From Lingula anatina (Eukaryota > Animalia > Brachiopoda), in assembly GCA_051362555.1 (NCBI GenBank), contig CM120649.1:1426001-1490000 (forward strand): DNA of 64,000 nt, written 5' to 3'. The notes beneath the pieces are model-generated. The model had not been told where the DNA came from, made no database searches, and saw only the letters and a list, made by a program, of their open reading frames with translations. The first letter of the stretch is position 1. The number at the start of each line of letters is the position of its first letter. Positions 12,412-26,245 of this stretch are shown here, one piece after another. Made by a program: the position numbers and the translations under genes.

Positions 12412-15400
12412 TCGTTAAAAACACATGAAAATTACAAATGTGAAATAAATAAAATCGAGAAGTTAGGAATCGTGCATTCCTTTTCTATGAATGTATATAT
12501 AGCTCTTTATATCGTGACGTCAAATTTGAATTTTCTTATGACGTCACCATATGCCGTATGCAACGCCATATGCGATAGCTCTTGGGCCAGTTCGCTGTCA
12601 CCATGCGCATTTGACAAGCGCATGTGCTTTACAATTAAAATCAATTGATATGGAATCAATAATCGACAATATGCAAAAATTCAAAGCAATAGAAAGTATT
12701 AAGCCGTTTATGTTTGAAGAACTTTTTAAGATACAGTGGTACAGTAGAAGCGCCGACAACCTCGTCTCCGTTTATATTTAGTATGGGTAGCCACAGATGA
12801 GAATCGAAAGATCTGGAGATGTTTTGTGTTTGTATCCATCATTCAAAATAACGAATGACATGTTTTGTGACAGAAACGCCAAATAACATCTAAGCGTAAA
12901 ACATAACCAATGTACAACAATCGACCTCATACGATAAAACTGCCAACATCTCATAAATGAGATTCGACGGGCTTCCCGCCCCAGGCGAATCAGAATCGAA
13001 ATCCAAATTTGTTTCCCTACGTTTCGCTACGATATGCATGGGTCGCAGTCACAAAGTGTTATTAAAGGTCATGATAGCAACCAGTAAAATGACATTCTTT
13101 TTGATCTCACAAATGCGGATGTGGAATGGTAAATAATTATTCCTTTTCTAATATCGTCCACCAATGTCGCGATTCAAGGACGCTGATGTCGATCCACTTG
13201 GCTACTGGGTTGCTTTAATTAAGCCAGTAACCATGGCAACTAAGTATGATTATTGGCCGAGCCTCCCGTAGAATTCTACTATAGATTTCTCTGTTGTTGA
13301 ATTTGAAACGCCGTTTCAACAGCTCGAAACTTGTTAACCGCTGTTAAAATTCCGTATGCTGTTACACTTCGTCATTTGCATTTAGTTATTATATTCTTGG
13401 CGTTCTTCCCTACGTGTCTGGTTCAGTTTTCACACATTTGCCTCTTTTTTTTCTCTTCCTGTGTTCTCTGTTTCTCGTCCTAGTCTCATTTCCTTCGGTG
13501 TTACATTTCTTCACGCCATTCCCTTGTGTCACTTTGTAATTCGACTCGATTAATTTTCCCAACATTTGGTGTCACGCTAACTATTCAATATATCAAAAAA
13601 CATCTTCAAAAAACCTCAAAAATGGGTTCTTGAAAATGTGGATTATTTAGGTACGCGTAGTTTTCATTTCCGATCTAGTAACATATTCAGCCAGCATCAC
13701 TAATTCTAGGGCATGCCATTGTATTGAAAGATCGTCAAGAGATTTGAGAAAAGCATTCATGTACAAAGCAATTTATCGGTTTGATAACCTCCATGGAAAG
13801 TTTAATTCACCCCCCCCCCCCCCCACAAAAATAATAATGATAATAATAAATAAATAAATAAATATTTCAGTGTACTAAAGAGGAAGCATGTTATGTAGCC
13901 GTGGTGCGTGAAGTACCATATTTTGTGCAGTGAAATCAAAGCAGTCCGACCTGCAACAGTTGGCTATCACTCTGAATTTTAGGGTACCACTGGTGACTCC
14001 CCCCCCCCCCCCCCACCACCACCACCACCACACCGCTTAACGTAACTAAACAGAGAAGTGGTTATTCGACAGATTATAAAACTACCAGTAGACGCCATTT
14101 ACGGTAATCACGAAAATAATAAAGCTGCATCGAGCAGAAATCAATAGGAATGCGAAAGGGTCTTTCTGATCGAAGGTCGAAAGGCTTAGCTTAAGTCTTT
14201 TGAAGTAGGTACCTCTTTGATTTAAAGACTGTACGACTATCCCCCTGGCACTTCATCCGCTCAGAGGCCTCGTTATCGCTTAGACACATGCTGCAGTACA
14301 AATTGCAATCTGTGAACAACTCAGAAATAATTTGTCAATTGATCAGTCTCCATGACGTTCGAGGAGTATCAAACATGCGTGTATGTCTTCATTAGTCTTA
14401 TCTTCAGCGTTTTTATGCAAGACTTTTGGCTTTTGCGTATTTGATGTATGTCTTTTTGTATCGGATGCCGCGCAACTGTTATCAACGACAGGTTATAACG
14501 TGTTGAGTATTCAGTACATTTTGATCATTTGGACCATGTGACATAAAAAAATTGGTGTTTGTACCTCTTTGTTTCCGTCCATCCGATGTATGTTTTGGCT
14601 GGTCTCTGTGCAACGCAGATGACTTTTCATTCTACAATATGTATTTATATCAAACCCATTGACAACGACTATGTTCACTTCCGAAGCACTGTAGAACATT
14701 TTTGTTAAGTAGGCCTACTATTGAAACCAAAGAAGAGAGAGAGAGAGAGAGAGAGAGAGATGTTCGTGGAAGGAATAAAGATACTCTACTTCTGTTTCTG
14801 GCCGCTTACTATATACTACATTGCGATAGCCGTAGTAGAACAAAGGGATCAGTATGTAATTACACCTTGTTTTGTATAACATATCTGACTACAAAGAAAA
14901 AGCTCCACACAACATGGACACGATAAAATATGAAGCAGGCGACGTCTGTACCCGTTTGAAATCAAGTTTCCAATATTCCACACAGGAAAAAAAAAAACGG
15001 CATAAAATACGGGGACCAACCAAGGAGGCGTGTGATCTGTCATATTTGTCCCCCCCCCCCCCCAGCCCTTTAGCCCGGCATATATCTCCAATACCTTCAA
15101 ATTTTCCAAGGAGTAAATCCTCCATAACAGCAACAGTATTGACAGAACTGAAAGCATGCTAATTACAGTACGAGTATCACTGCTTCACCATGCAGCGTGT
15201 TGTCGAATTTGCAAAATCAATTTATCAAGTTCGGTTTATCAGACAAAACACGCGGTGGAAAATGTCAAGCCGCATCAAACTTTTTTTTTTCTTTTTTTTT
15301 TTTTTTTTTTGGCTATTAAAAAAAGGCATATTGGAATAGGGCGACTTAAAACACAGCTATAGTTTTTCTACGCGTAGGGTGCTCCAAACTTCATCATTAA

Positions 15401-15606
15401 TGAATAGCAAGGTAAAAGAGCGGTCAAGGACTGGACATTTAAATGGATTTTGCATGTCGTCTCGTGCAGACATGTCAATTACAACGTGATTGTCCCATTT
15501 AATTGATTGTTTTTGAGGGCATCGTTATAATGAGGAACACAAGTCAAATAGCAACGCACAGTGTGCTGTATACAGATGTCAACAATATAGGCAGGCAAAT
15601 ATCAAC

Positions 15607-15650
<44 letters not shown>

Positions 15651-17087
15651 GACGGAGGTTTTAAACTACATTTAGGTCCTATGATATATTGATACTTCTA
15701 TTTAGCTAAATGTACTTTACAGACCATGGGATTCAACAATGGCGCTTTTCACGATGGTACTGAGCGAAAGTCTGCATAAAAGAGTTAACATTCAAAAGCC
15801 AGTTAATCGGGTTTCGTGACACTTTCTCCAAGAGGATCAGAATCATTTCTGCCATTTTTCTTTCCCTTATTGGCTCTCTCATATTGCTGGAAATGTGCTG
15901 ACAGTCCGCACCCGAACGTAGATTAACACTAATGGCGGCTGGGCACAATTGAGTCTTATAATAGCACGTTAGTTTCTTTGATCTAGTAAGGTCGTACGGA
16001 AATAATTTTCTCAATTATTCGCAGTCTATCATCTGTGTGTTTCATGGTTGATCAGATAGCCTACAGGTGTTAGCAGTCACACCGTAAAGAGGAAATCTAC
16101 AACCGTATCTCCCTGGTTGCTCTTTTACGCGGGGTATAATTTGACACAAAAATGAAGGAAAGGAGATTTACAACACACGCGGTTAAGATTACGCAGTCGG
16201 AGAGACGAGAGGGACTTTAGTCTCCTAGTGCGCGTTCAGTCTCCCTGCCACAGCTTTCCACTGTCGAACGGAAAGCTATTTTGTTATCACCGGGTTCTTT
16301 ACATCATGCATAATTTACAAAATGAGGAAAAAAAGACTAACATAGGCTCAAAGTGTGGTAGAGATAAGGATCAGTGTGACGCAGTGAACTGACATCGCTC
16401 ACGGGGCGTTCGGACAATGATAAACTTTGACTAGACCTAGAACCCCTAGGCTATCTAGTCGGTTGCCTGAAATTTATTCAGTTAGTTGAAGATCACACCT
16501 GATTGTAGTTTGAAGATTTTAATGCAATGTACAGCAACACAGCACAATACATAAACAATGGTTATGTATTGAGAGATTGCTGTAAGTACTTTTTGGCATC
16601 GTTAAAAAGAGGCAGAATTTTTGAAAATACGATTGCTAGAAGGCTGTGTCGTTCACAATTTACAATAGATAAATAAATGAATGAATAAACCATCTGCAGA
16701 TCTCATAACAGCGAAACATAACTACATATACATGTACACTCATATCTCAGTACCTAGCCCCCCCCCCCCCCCCCCCCCCCCCAGTTTGACGTGTGCACAT
16801 TTTCAAACCAGAAGGTAGAAAGACCTGAGATCTCGCAACCGCCACACGAATACTATGTACATACATGTATGTACGCGTATAACACCACTCTCTCTTTGAA
16901 TTCTCCGTTCAACATTCTCTACATATCTAGTTGCGCATCTTCTCCGCCAGGTGCATCTTTTTTCATTGATGTTTTTTCTTTTACAAGCTGAACATCTGCT
17001 TGTATGGACTTAGGTACTATAGCCAAAGGCCGACGCCATTATCTGCTTTTAGCTCTTTAAGTTCCCATGATAAGAAAAGTCGACATA

Positions 17088-17256
17088 CAGGGGCGGACGG
17101 GGGCTGTCTTCTGGGTCTTCTGGATGACAGTCAGAATCTTTCAGTTTACATTGTCCGGCATCTAATTTTTTTCTGTCGGAAGACGGTCAAATATGGAAGA
17201 TGGATCACAAAAGTTAATTTGGAAGATAGTCAGAAATATCTCTGGATCCGCCCCTG
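17088..17256. mobile_element. MITE family C (CAGGGGCGG...CCGCCCCTG)
   Basis: Terminal inverted repeats; homologous copies at 50715-50870 and, inverted, 52630-52789. Confidence 0.75.
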
Positions 17257-17891
17257 ACATGGCCATGCAATTTTTTGGCATATAGGCGTCCATTATTTAA
17301 GATAAAAGAAAGGCAGGTTACCATGGAATATATGCTGTTTTACATGAAGCCTGGTCCCGGTTTCAAAACAAAACAAAAACATCTTAAGTCAGTTCTCTGG
17401 CTAAGGATGTGTGCGTGTGTCCATGAGAGTGTTGTAACACTGTTCCTGATAGGGTAAGATGTGTTCATGTGTCCATGAGAGTGCTATAGCACTGTTTCTG
17501 ATAGGCTAAGGTGTGTCCATATGACCATGTAACATTGGTAACAAATATTGTAGCCACTGAAACGTTTTTTAAGATTTATTATTATTTTTTATTGTAAAAC
17601 TGGGGCCAGGTATTCAGGATGAAGCCCTTATTACCGTTTGGTAGCTCGTTCTTATATCCATTTCTAAATTGCCTGGGTAATTAACTGCAGATATCACGCT
17701 ACATATTCATCGGTTCCTTTTATTTACATTACTTTTTTGGCGTATATCTGTAGGTGTTCAATTTAAACGAAATAGAAAGCAAATTTGCAGAGCAAATAAG
17801 TGAGCGCCAGAAACCAAGGTGAAAAACTTATGCAAGCAAATAAAAGCTAATAAGAAATCGTGGCTGTATATATATAACTACATGTCTGTGT

Positions 17892-18177
17892 CAGGGCCGT
17901 AGCCTCCGGGGGGGCAGGGGGGGCAGCTGCCCCCCCTGGGATTTGAGGTGCAAAAGAAATAATCGCAAATGCAAAATGAACCCACAATTTCTGACTTCTG
18001 ATTGAGCAATAAATAACAGTTAAAATGCACCAGAATGCAGTATTATACATACAGTTTTTAAAATTTTTCCACACCCTGGGAGGGGGGCAACCCCTCCCAC
18101 CCCCCCCCCTCAGGGGCTTCGCCCCCTCGTATCCGCTTACTGCCCCCCCCTGGCATTTTGCTCAGGCTACGGCCCTG
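17892..18177. mobile_element. MITE with 14-bp TIR CAGGGCCGTAGCCT
   Basis: Perfect TIR, G/C-run subterminal repeats, tgtgt on both flanks. Confidence 0.75.
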
Positions 18178-20399
18178 TGTGTATACTGCAATCTCCTTAG
18201 TTCGACCACAAAGTGTATATAAAACTTACAAGGGTGAACGTCCTCAGTCGTCCCAGTTTATATTTTACTTCTCCGCCTTGTAGACACATCTCTAAAGGCC
18301 AAGCTGTGAGCTAGTGTTGAGCACGGCGACTGGCAATCGTCATTTCTGTGTTTGGTTAACTTATTGATGCACTGGTATTCATTTTGCGGTGTATTTTTAC
18401 AAGAAATTGCTCGTTTATATATTTAAGTTACTGATACATTGGTTCTTAAGGTGGTGGTAGCTTAATCTACGAGTATAAAGGAGTGACATTCCCGTGCCTT
18501 GTAGCAGACGCTGTTCTTTCGTTCTTTCTTTATTTCATTTATTATTTTTTTTCTTTGCATCTGGGAGACATTCACTGCAGAAATATTTCAATTTATTAAT
18601 ATTTAATTTTTTGATGTTAGATAAAAATTTTACCGTATGGAATACACACGCACATAGGATATAAGCACGTGTGCGCGCGCACGTGCGTGTGGTATTTCTT
18701 ATCATTTATTTGTGTATTGTTATTTTTCTTTCTTTCTTTCTTTCTGAGGTTGATAAGAACATTATCATAACATAGCATGATAATAAAGCTTCAATTTATC
18801 ACAGTCAGACGTCTGTACATGTCTCCTACTTATGGCGGATTTTACCTGCAGAAAAAGATTAAGATTCCAGAGAGACACATCTGTCACATACATTATAAGT
18901 CTTTGGTATACGGACTTGATCTTCTGAACACGGAACGACGAACCAAGCCCGTTTAATTTGAAGCTATTTTGTACTCAGAACACTATTATCCTAATATACC
19001 ACTCAATTGACTGGTGCAGATTGCCTGATTCATATATTTAAGACTTAGTTTACGACCTTTGTCTGCGTATTACCGTAAAGGACGTTGGCATCATAATGCA
19101 ATGAACACGGGGTCAATATTTCAGTTGATAGACACAATAAGGAATGCTAAGAGTACAAATTGCAGCGTTTCAGAGACGGGACTGCCCTTCCAGCGAATTA
19201 ACCTGCTTGTGCAGCTAGAAATTACCTAACTCTAAAGGGAAATCAAAATGTTGTTTTGATTTTGTTTGGTGACGGCTTGCAATAACAGAGAAAAACAATC
19301 TAATTGCACTTGTAGCTCATCGGTCTAGGTAAGGTCCCACAATGAGGTAACTTCAAATAAGGACGTTAACCCACCGTATCATTTTAAACCATGTAGAAAA
19401 AGCAGGTGGTGATATATATATGTCGGTAAAACCTTGCCAAAATGTTATTTGTTATTTTCATGGATTCAAATCATGCTGAAGTTCTCTAATGAGGCATATG
19501 GATGAAACGTCAACGAGTGTTTTTTTTTCAATTATCAGATCGAGTGTTTTTCTCTGCTTCCTTTTCCTTTTTTTTTTTTTCAATTTAATGAAAATCGCAG
19601 TTTTAAGAACAGGAAACAGACACTTTCCTCGGAGTTGGAAAAAACACGTGAATTGTACCTGCTGATGACTCATAAAACTTGTTTTGTTAGCAGGATTCAT
19701 CTACTCCCGATTTGTTTATCTAAATTTCATGGAAGTCCTAAATATTAGGTTATTGGCATCAAGAAGTCACGAGATGCAATATTATACGTATGCATTGAGC
19801 CAATTTTCACCACGTAAATAGTTTTGAAAAGAATTTTTTCTAAGGGATTGGCCGTGGATTTAAGTAACGGGAGTGGGGGGGGGGGGGGGGGGGGGGCGTA
19901 GCTTTTGGCTGAAAGAATTCTCAATTCCGGTAGAAAGGATTGAGCAAAAGGTCACCGGAATATCATATAGATGCAAATATTTGCCCTTTTCATAAGCTGG
20001 CATTTTAAATTCAAGAAATTGATATATCCTGCGTGTTGCATGCGTTCTATTTATAAACGTGTCACCTCTGTCATTAAAAAATGCCAGTAAACTTTATATG
20101 CGTTTATCGTGGATTTCTGTCTGTGTTATTTATTCTAACTCGCTGTCATAACCAACCTTATTGGTCGACCACTGCTATTGCAATTACTTTCACTAAACAA
20201 TAGCTTAACTTTGATTATCCTACCTTCCGTCTAAAGTGATCGCAGGTGAGGTATGCCTTCAAAAGTGGAGCATCACGGAAAAGGGTCTTAATAGTAAGCC
20301 CTGTTCCCAAAGGTTTTAACTTACACGCGTACAGTTTAATTTTGGGTCGCAGAGGCTTGATGGCAACTCCCTACACGTATATGCTTTGAACAGAAACAT

Positions 20400-20725
20400 A
20401 AGGACAGGGAATATAAGGATAAGGGATAACAGAGGGGATAGTACGTGATGGATAAGGGATAACAGAGAGGGAGGGGGATGGATAAGGGATAACATGTAAT
20501 GGATAGGGGATAAAAGAAGCGATATATAATGGATAAGGGATAACAGAGGGATAGGTGATTGAATAGTTGTAACAAAGACGTTGGATAAGAGGTTCATAAC
20601 TGGTTAATAAGGGATAGCAGATGAGTGGATAAGGGATGCCAGAGGGGATGGATAAGAGAGAACAAAAGGGATGGATAACGGATAACAGGGGAGGAATGGA
20701 TAACGGATAACGTAAGGGATAACAC
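20400..20725. repeat. Purine-rich minisatellite (ggataagggataacagagg-like, about 21-23 bp)
   Basis: More than 10 degenerate copies of GGATAAGGGATAAC. Confidence 0.85.
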
Positions 20726-23087
20726 AGAGGAAGATCATTATCAATTCACCTTCTTCCTGAACTTCAACTTAGGACATTTAAGTCATAATCGATGTGAACA
20801 GAACTTCACTTGCTTACACAACATACATAGATATACGTGTCTTTTAAAGAAGAATATAACCAAATAATAGGAACCTATTTGCGACTAGGACTTCATTTGA
20901 TTACACAACACAATGATATATATAGGCCTATATGAGTCTTAAAGAAGAATATGATTTGTAGCGATGGTTCGATCGACACTTCAGTGCCATTGTTGAGCGC
21001 CTCTCGTGCGCGCTTGAATGACAAATCCCCTTCGACTCATAAACCTCAGAAATCTTAGTAATTACTATAGAGTTCAAAGAAAAACCTACGGACCATTAGA
21101 AAATCGATCAGTAGAACACGAGGATCAAGTAATGGTCAATATCTGCATTACTTGGCGGTAGGGAAGTGTTTGGCTAGTTTCACAGATGTGGCGGATCGTA
21201 GGGGAAAACTCGCAAGGGGGACATATAGGGAGAAAAATCGGAAGAAACATACCCCAACGTTGAGTTCTAACTTAAGTGAAGATTATCAGTTAAACAAAAA
21301 GGGAATCTGTTTCAACCTTCCTGTTGACGCAAACGGAGAAAACGATGTAAGTGCTTTTTATCCTTAACAACATAACTCAGTTATTGTGCGAGGTGAATTG
21401 TGGGGAAAATACTGTGCTATTTGTTATGTCAAAACGTTTTTAAAAACATTTAACATTTCTCGAGATTACGCTAATCAGTAGAAACGCCGCCGCAGTGTTT
21501 ATTTTTTTTTCACCGTGCAAAAAAGAAGCTCGGTCTACCCTCGTAGATGGATTGTGGTTCCGATAGATTTCTACCTGTGGAGAACCAGTAAACAGCTAGA
21601 AATTGGAAGTAATTTATCTTGAAAGGCACTGATGTTGACTAGGTAAGGGAACGGCGGGTTATTTTACTGTCTTTTTTGTAGGTGAGACGTAACGCGCAGA
21701 AAAAGGATGAATGACTAAGATGAAAGGAAACCTTATATGTTGTTTCATGATTTGGCAAGGCTTTCTTTTCAAATCAGGTTTCTGTCCGTTGACGCGTGAA
21801 TATTTGAAATGCTGGTATATGCGTGTCGTGGCCAAATATATTAGTTACTTCTTTGTCCTGAATAGAGAGCAGAGAGTTTATCCATTTATTTATGAAAAGT
21901 ATACAGTATATACGTGGATTACTGGTGTAATATGTCATGATGGAAAACATGTTGTGAGGGTTTTCTTGCCGCAACTGTTTTTTTTCTTATCCTTGAAAAT
22001 CGCCTGCCCAATGTTTTTATGCCGCTGTGCTAAATAAATATGGGGTGATCAGGCTTTCCATTGCCGTCTGTATGACAATGGCGAACAAGTAAATCGTTTC
22101 TACAGCTACTCAACGTGCAGTTTTACTCATAAGGCTTGACACGGTAGCTCTTCATTAACGTCATGCTTCATAGGTTTAAAAAGCAAAGAAAACAGGCTTA
22201 GCTTCTTAAAAACGATTTACTTTTCCACTACGTAAATATCGATTTTTACGAACCGTTAACAATAATCGTAGATTTTCAAAGGAGGTAGTTCGACAAAGAT
22301 GTACTGTTAATGGGCCTAGTACGGTAGTTTTATGTCTCGCGTGCGCTGATAGCCTACGTAGGCTTTTTAGTACCAAAAATGGCTATAAAAACTATGCTGA
22401 CAAGCAATTTGTGCCTCTCTGATAGAATAATTTCACGTAGGCCTACTTCCACATACTTGTGTCAATGATTTATAAATGACATTTTTTTTTTTTTTGTTAT
22501 ATCGTCTTCTTTCTTTTGTGGTCTTTCTATCTGTATATCATAACTGCAATAGAAAAAATAATTTAATTATTAATTTTGATATTAATTAAAATTAAAATAT
22601 TAATTTAGCTAAATGTTGTTGTCTCTGTTTAAATGCCAATTTTTGCAAGATGTATTTAATGCTACTGAAAAATTTTGTTTTATTCTGGTAACAGTGCTGT
22701 TTTATGACGTCACTGATGGCCTTATTGTCATTGTTGACGTCACCAAGACGTTAAAACGTCAGTGACGTTGCGCAATAACGCGGCGATGTGCGCTAACCGT
22801 CACGACGTGGTTACCACTTTCTAACTAACGCTTGAGCCTCTCGCAAACAGACACACGAGGGATATTAAGCGCCTACGTGTTTAATATGACCCTCATCGAC
22901 AGGAAAATTTTAAAAGGTAGATGATATTTCGTTTCCAGCCCGTAGAAATCAGCTGCCTCTAATGCAGCGAGCATCTGCTGAAGGTTACGCAGACCAGTGA
23001 AACGGAATGGAAGGTTGAAATTGTAAATATCGCTTCTTGGTAGGTGTCGTAAACTTTAAGAAATCGGATTCTGTTTATTCTTTCAGC

Positions 23088-23259
23088 ATGAGTATGCACA
23101 AATGGAAAACACGGTGGCACACGATGCTAGGACATAGGAAAGAGATGATCTCTAGGCATAGAAGTATAGGAAGGATATGCAGTTTTATCCTTATCTTAGC
23201 AGTCATTGGAACATTTTCTTTTCCTCTCAAGAGTCACGCTAGTCCTAGCTTAGATACAG
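23088..23259 (+). CDS. SLC24 coding exon 1 (signal/TM0)
   Basis: tttcag|cATG, MSMHKW...[16 protein letters not shown]...LDTG, donor G|gtaagt. The acceptor just before the ATG implies an unlocated upstream non-coding exon. Confidence 0.75.
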
Positions 23260-23796
23260 GTAAGTGTTTGCGTTGAAATGCGTTTCTGTGAATATGGGCG
23301 CGTTATCTGCAACTTCACTTCGCTCAGGCAACCCGGTCCTGCTGAACAGAATGTAATCATTTGTTTCCATTAAAGTCATTTTATACGTCTTAACTAGAAC
23401 TGATACTGTGAGAAATCCAACAGCGTGCGCACGAGTCTAAATATATGTGTACCGGGCGTTGATCCAATCTTCAAGACAAATAAGTCTGATATAGGGTACG
23501 TTGTCTTAATCATTTAGGGAGTTAATAAGGGAGCTTCCCATCAACGAGAAATTTGGTTCATTTATTTTTATCACGAACGGTTAATTTGTTTTCCAGGAAG
23601 CCAGTGGAAATCTAGGCATTTATTATCAGTGTCATCCGATAATTCGTCGGCCAACAGCACGTTCAAGGAGCATGTAAGGCATTGTGAATTGGAACTACAA
23701 GGCCTTCCAGGACTATGGGTAGCATTCTACTTCTTTCTTATCATTGTGTCATTCACAGGTGAGATATACAAGAAAATAGGCCTATACATTTGTCTT

Positions 23797-23833
<37 letters not shown>

Positions 23834-26202
23834 AAAGGCCAAACGCCTTGTGTATAGCTTGTATAAATTAAGTAACACTCTGTTACCAAACATGTACTTT
23901 TGAAAGACATCTAAAACCAAAGAAATGCACGAATAATAAGATATCCACGATAAAGCCTATCTCACGCAAACTACTGTCTAGAAAACGCCGACATTTGAAC
24001 GAGTTGCGAACACGACTTTTAACTGGAGAAAACATTCCGTTATAGTACACTCTTTCTCTAGAACAGAATGTCAGACACCTTAGATATCCAGGCACTTCAC
24101 TTCGCCACCTGGGAGTATTAAGAATCGCAGTTAAGCGATCGGCGTTGCTTCGGATTACGGATTGGAGAAGTCTGTAGCCTCCAGGGCTGTTGAGATGTGC
24201 CGAGATTTGTAACCCTTCGCATTTCAGATCAGATAGAGCAGGTTGTCGAACGAGAGAATTGCAAATGAGGACATCTTAGCATTAATCTTACCAACCTGAA
24301 ACATGTTCCCATTGTCATACATTTATTTGTTAATCTGGTTATTATATATTCGTTATGTTTTTTTTTTTTTATTATATCCATTTATTTATTTATTCGCTTT
24401 ACTTTCATTAATTCGTGGTGTTAGGCTGCTTATGCGATCACCTCCAAATTGATTTGAATGGTGTTTCAGATGCAGTCATGTTTTGATAACTTTGTTAATC
24501 GGAAGGTTAATTTAAACCTAAATGTGATTCATACTGTGGCATGGACCTACCAATTGGAAAGATGACAAACGCCACATTAATGGGAACGAACCAACGGTTT
24601 TTCAGGGCGCTCCTGAAAACTCTGACCTTTAAATATGACCGGAGTCTCCCATGATTGCGATCAAAGTTCTAAAATTAGACTATCACGGCAACCGAGCGCT
24701 ATCGATTATATTTTAGAAGATAATTAATTTGAATTTAGACAAATGGGAGATCCCTAAGGGCAAAACAATACAGGGACTTGATTATAAAGCCTGATTTTGA
24801 GAGGCTTTTAATTCTATAGACTTTTATGTGAAAAATATCGTATTGGACTCTGGTTGCATTGATGCTGCATTACCATGTGCAAATTTCCTTGCTGTTCAAA
24901 CCCCTTTTGGGATTTAAACGGACTTCATCAACTGTCATGTTATGGATTTTCATTCGTAAATCCAAGACAACGGCATGTCCATCGCGCTTTTTTTGTTGTG
25001 TGTCAATTTTCAAAGTATTTTCCCCGCTTGGTGTGTTAAATGAGCAGAGCTAAAATTAGTTTATCTTAATTGCTTATCCGAAAATTTGTCCGGAAGTGGA
25101 AATACTTCGTGGAAGAGTAAAAACACACCTTAGGAAAACATCCACTTTTCTGTATAACGTGGCAAATAATAGTGGCATCTGTTAGTCTCAAAGTAAGGTA
25201 GGGCAGTAAGTCATTGGGCAAATGATGAATATCATTCATATCGTGAATAATTAGGACAGTACAAATCAGTTCGACCTATATTGAAGATTTAGAGCAAATG
25301 ACGTTAATTAAGAACAATACTCTAACCAGCTGCACATGACGTTGATGAGCAGATACTCTGTGTGTAGATAAATCAATGAAGATAAATTGAAATAATGTAG
25401 AAAATTCCACGATTGTAATGACGATATTAACCATGGTACCTTTATGCCTTAGCATGTGTATACTAACATGCGACTTTTGATGCACAAGACATTTTATAAC
25501 ATGTGCTCCTTTATTTCTGTTTTCATTACAATCAGCAGTATGCGCGTTGCCTAAAAGGTGCGTTGGAACGTCTTAAAAACAGAACGTGCTAATTTGTCTA
25601 GTTGCCATTTTTATCAGAGACAGAAAGCTAAGCATTTTAACAGGACGACGATCTGGATAACATGGTGATTTTGGCTATTCATCAAAATTTGTTTCTCTTG
25701 GCATTGATAACATCACTGCCAATGGCCAGTAGGGAAAATATAATATACTCTTGGGCTAATTTGAGAGACGAGATGATTTTTAACGAATGGAAAGCAATCG
25801 GCAGTAGCCACAAGGCGGTTTTGATTTTACACGAATGCAATTGACTCACAGTTGAGATAATATCGAAAGACTGATGGCATCTGAAATCTCTCCCTCTCAT
25901 TATTTTGTCTCGTTGGCCATGCCATTAAAATGCTTCCTTCATTCTTACCTTGTCACTAAGTCATTAAAGCCCCCCTTTACACTGGACGGCGTCCTCTCTG
26001 GGTCCATGAAATCGGCATCGCTGTGGTCGTAGAAAGGCGGCACAAGTTTCGCTTTGGTTGCAGAATGAATGCTCAATGATTGGCCAGTTGTCGGCACGTT
26101 ATATTATTATTTTTAACTCTTAAAGCGGGGTCGCACTACGGAACGCAGAAAGGACGTCGTCCAGTGTAAAGGGGGCTTAAGCCACTCCCTCTTTCTCTTT
26201 AC

Positions 26203-26245
<43 letters not shown>

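Noticed and set aside
20316-20597. Repetitive ORFs (LLSLIH, CYPLSI)
   Set aside because: They are translations of the GGATAAGGGATAAC minisatellite.
19320-21690. Candidate upstream non-coding exons of SLC24 (donor-like sites near 19328, 20246 and 21642)
   Set aside because: Donor-like motifs alone cannot be distinguished from chance without transcripts.
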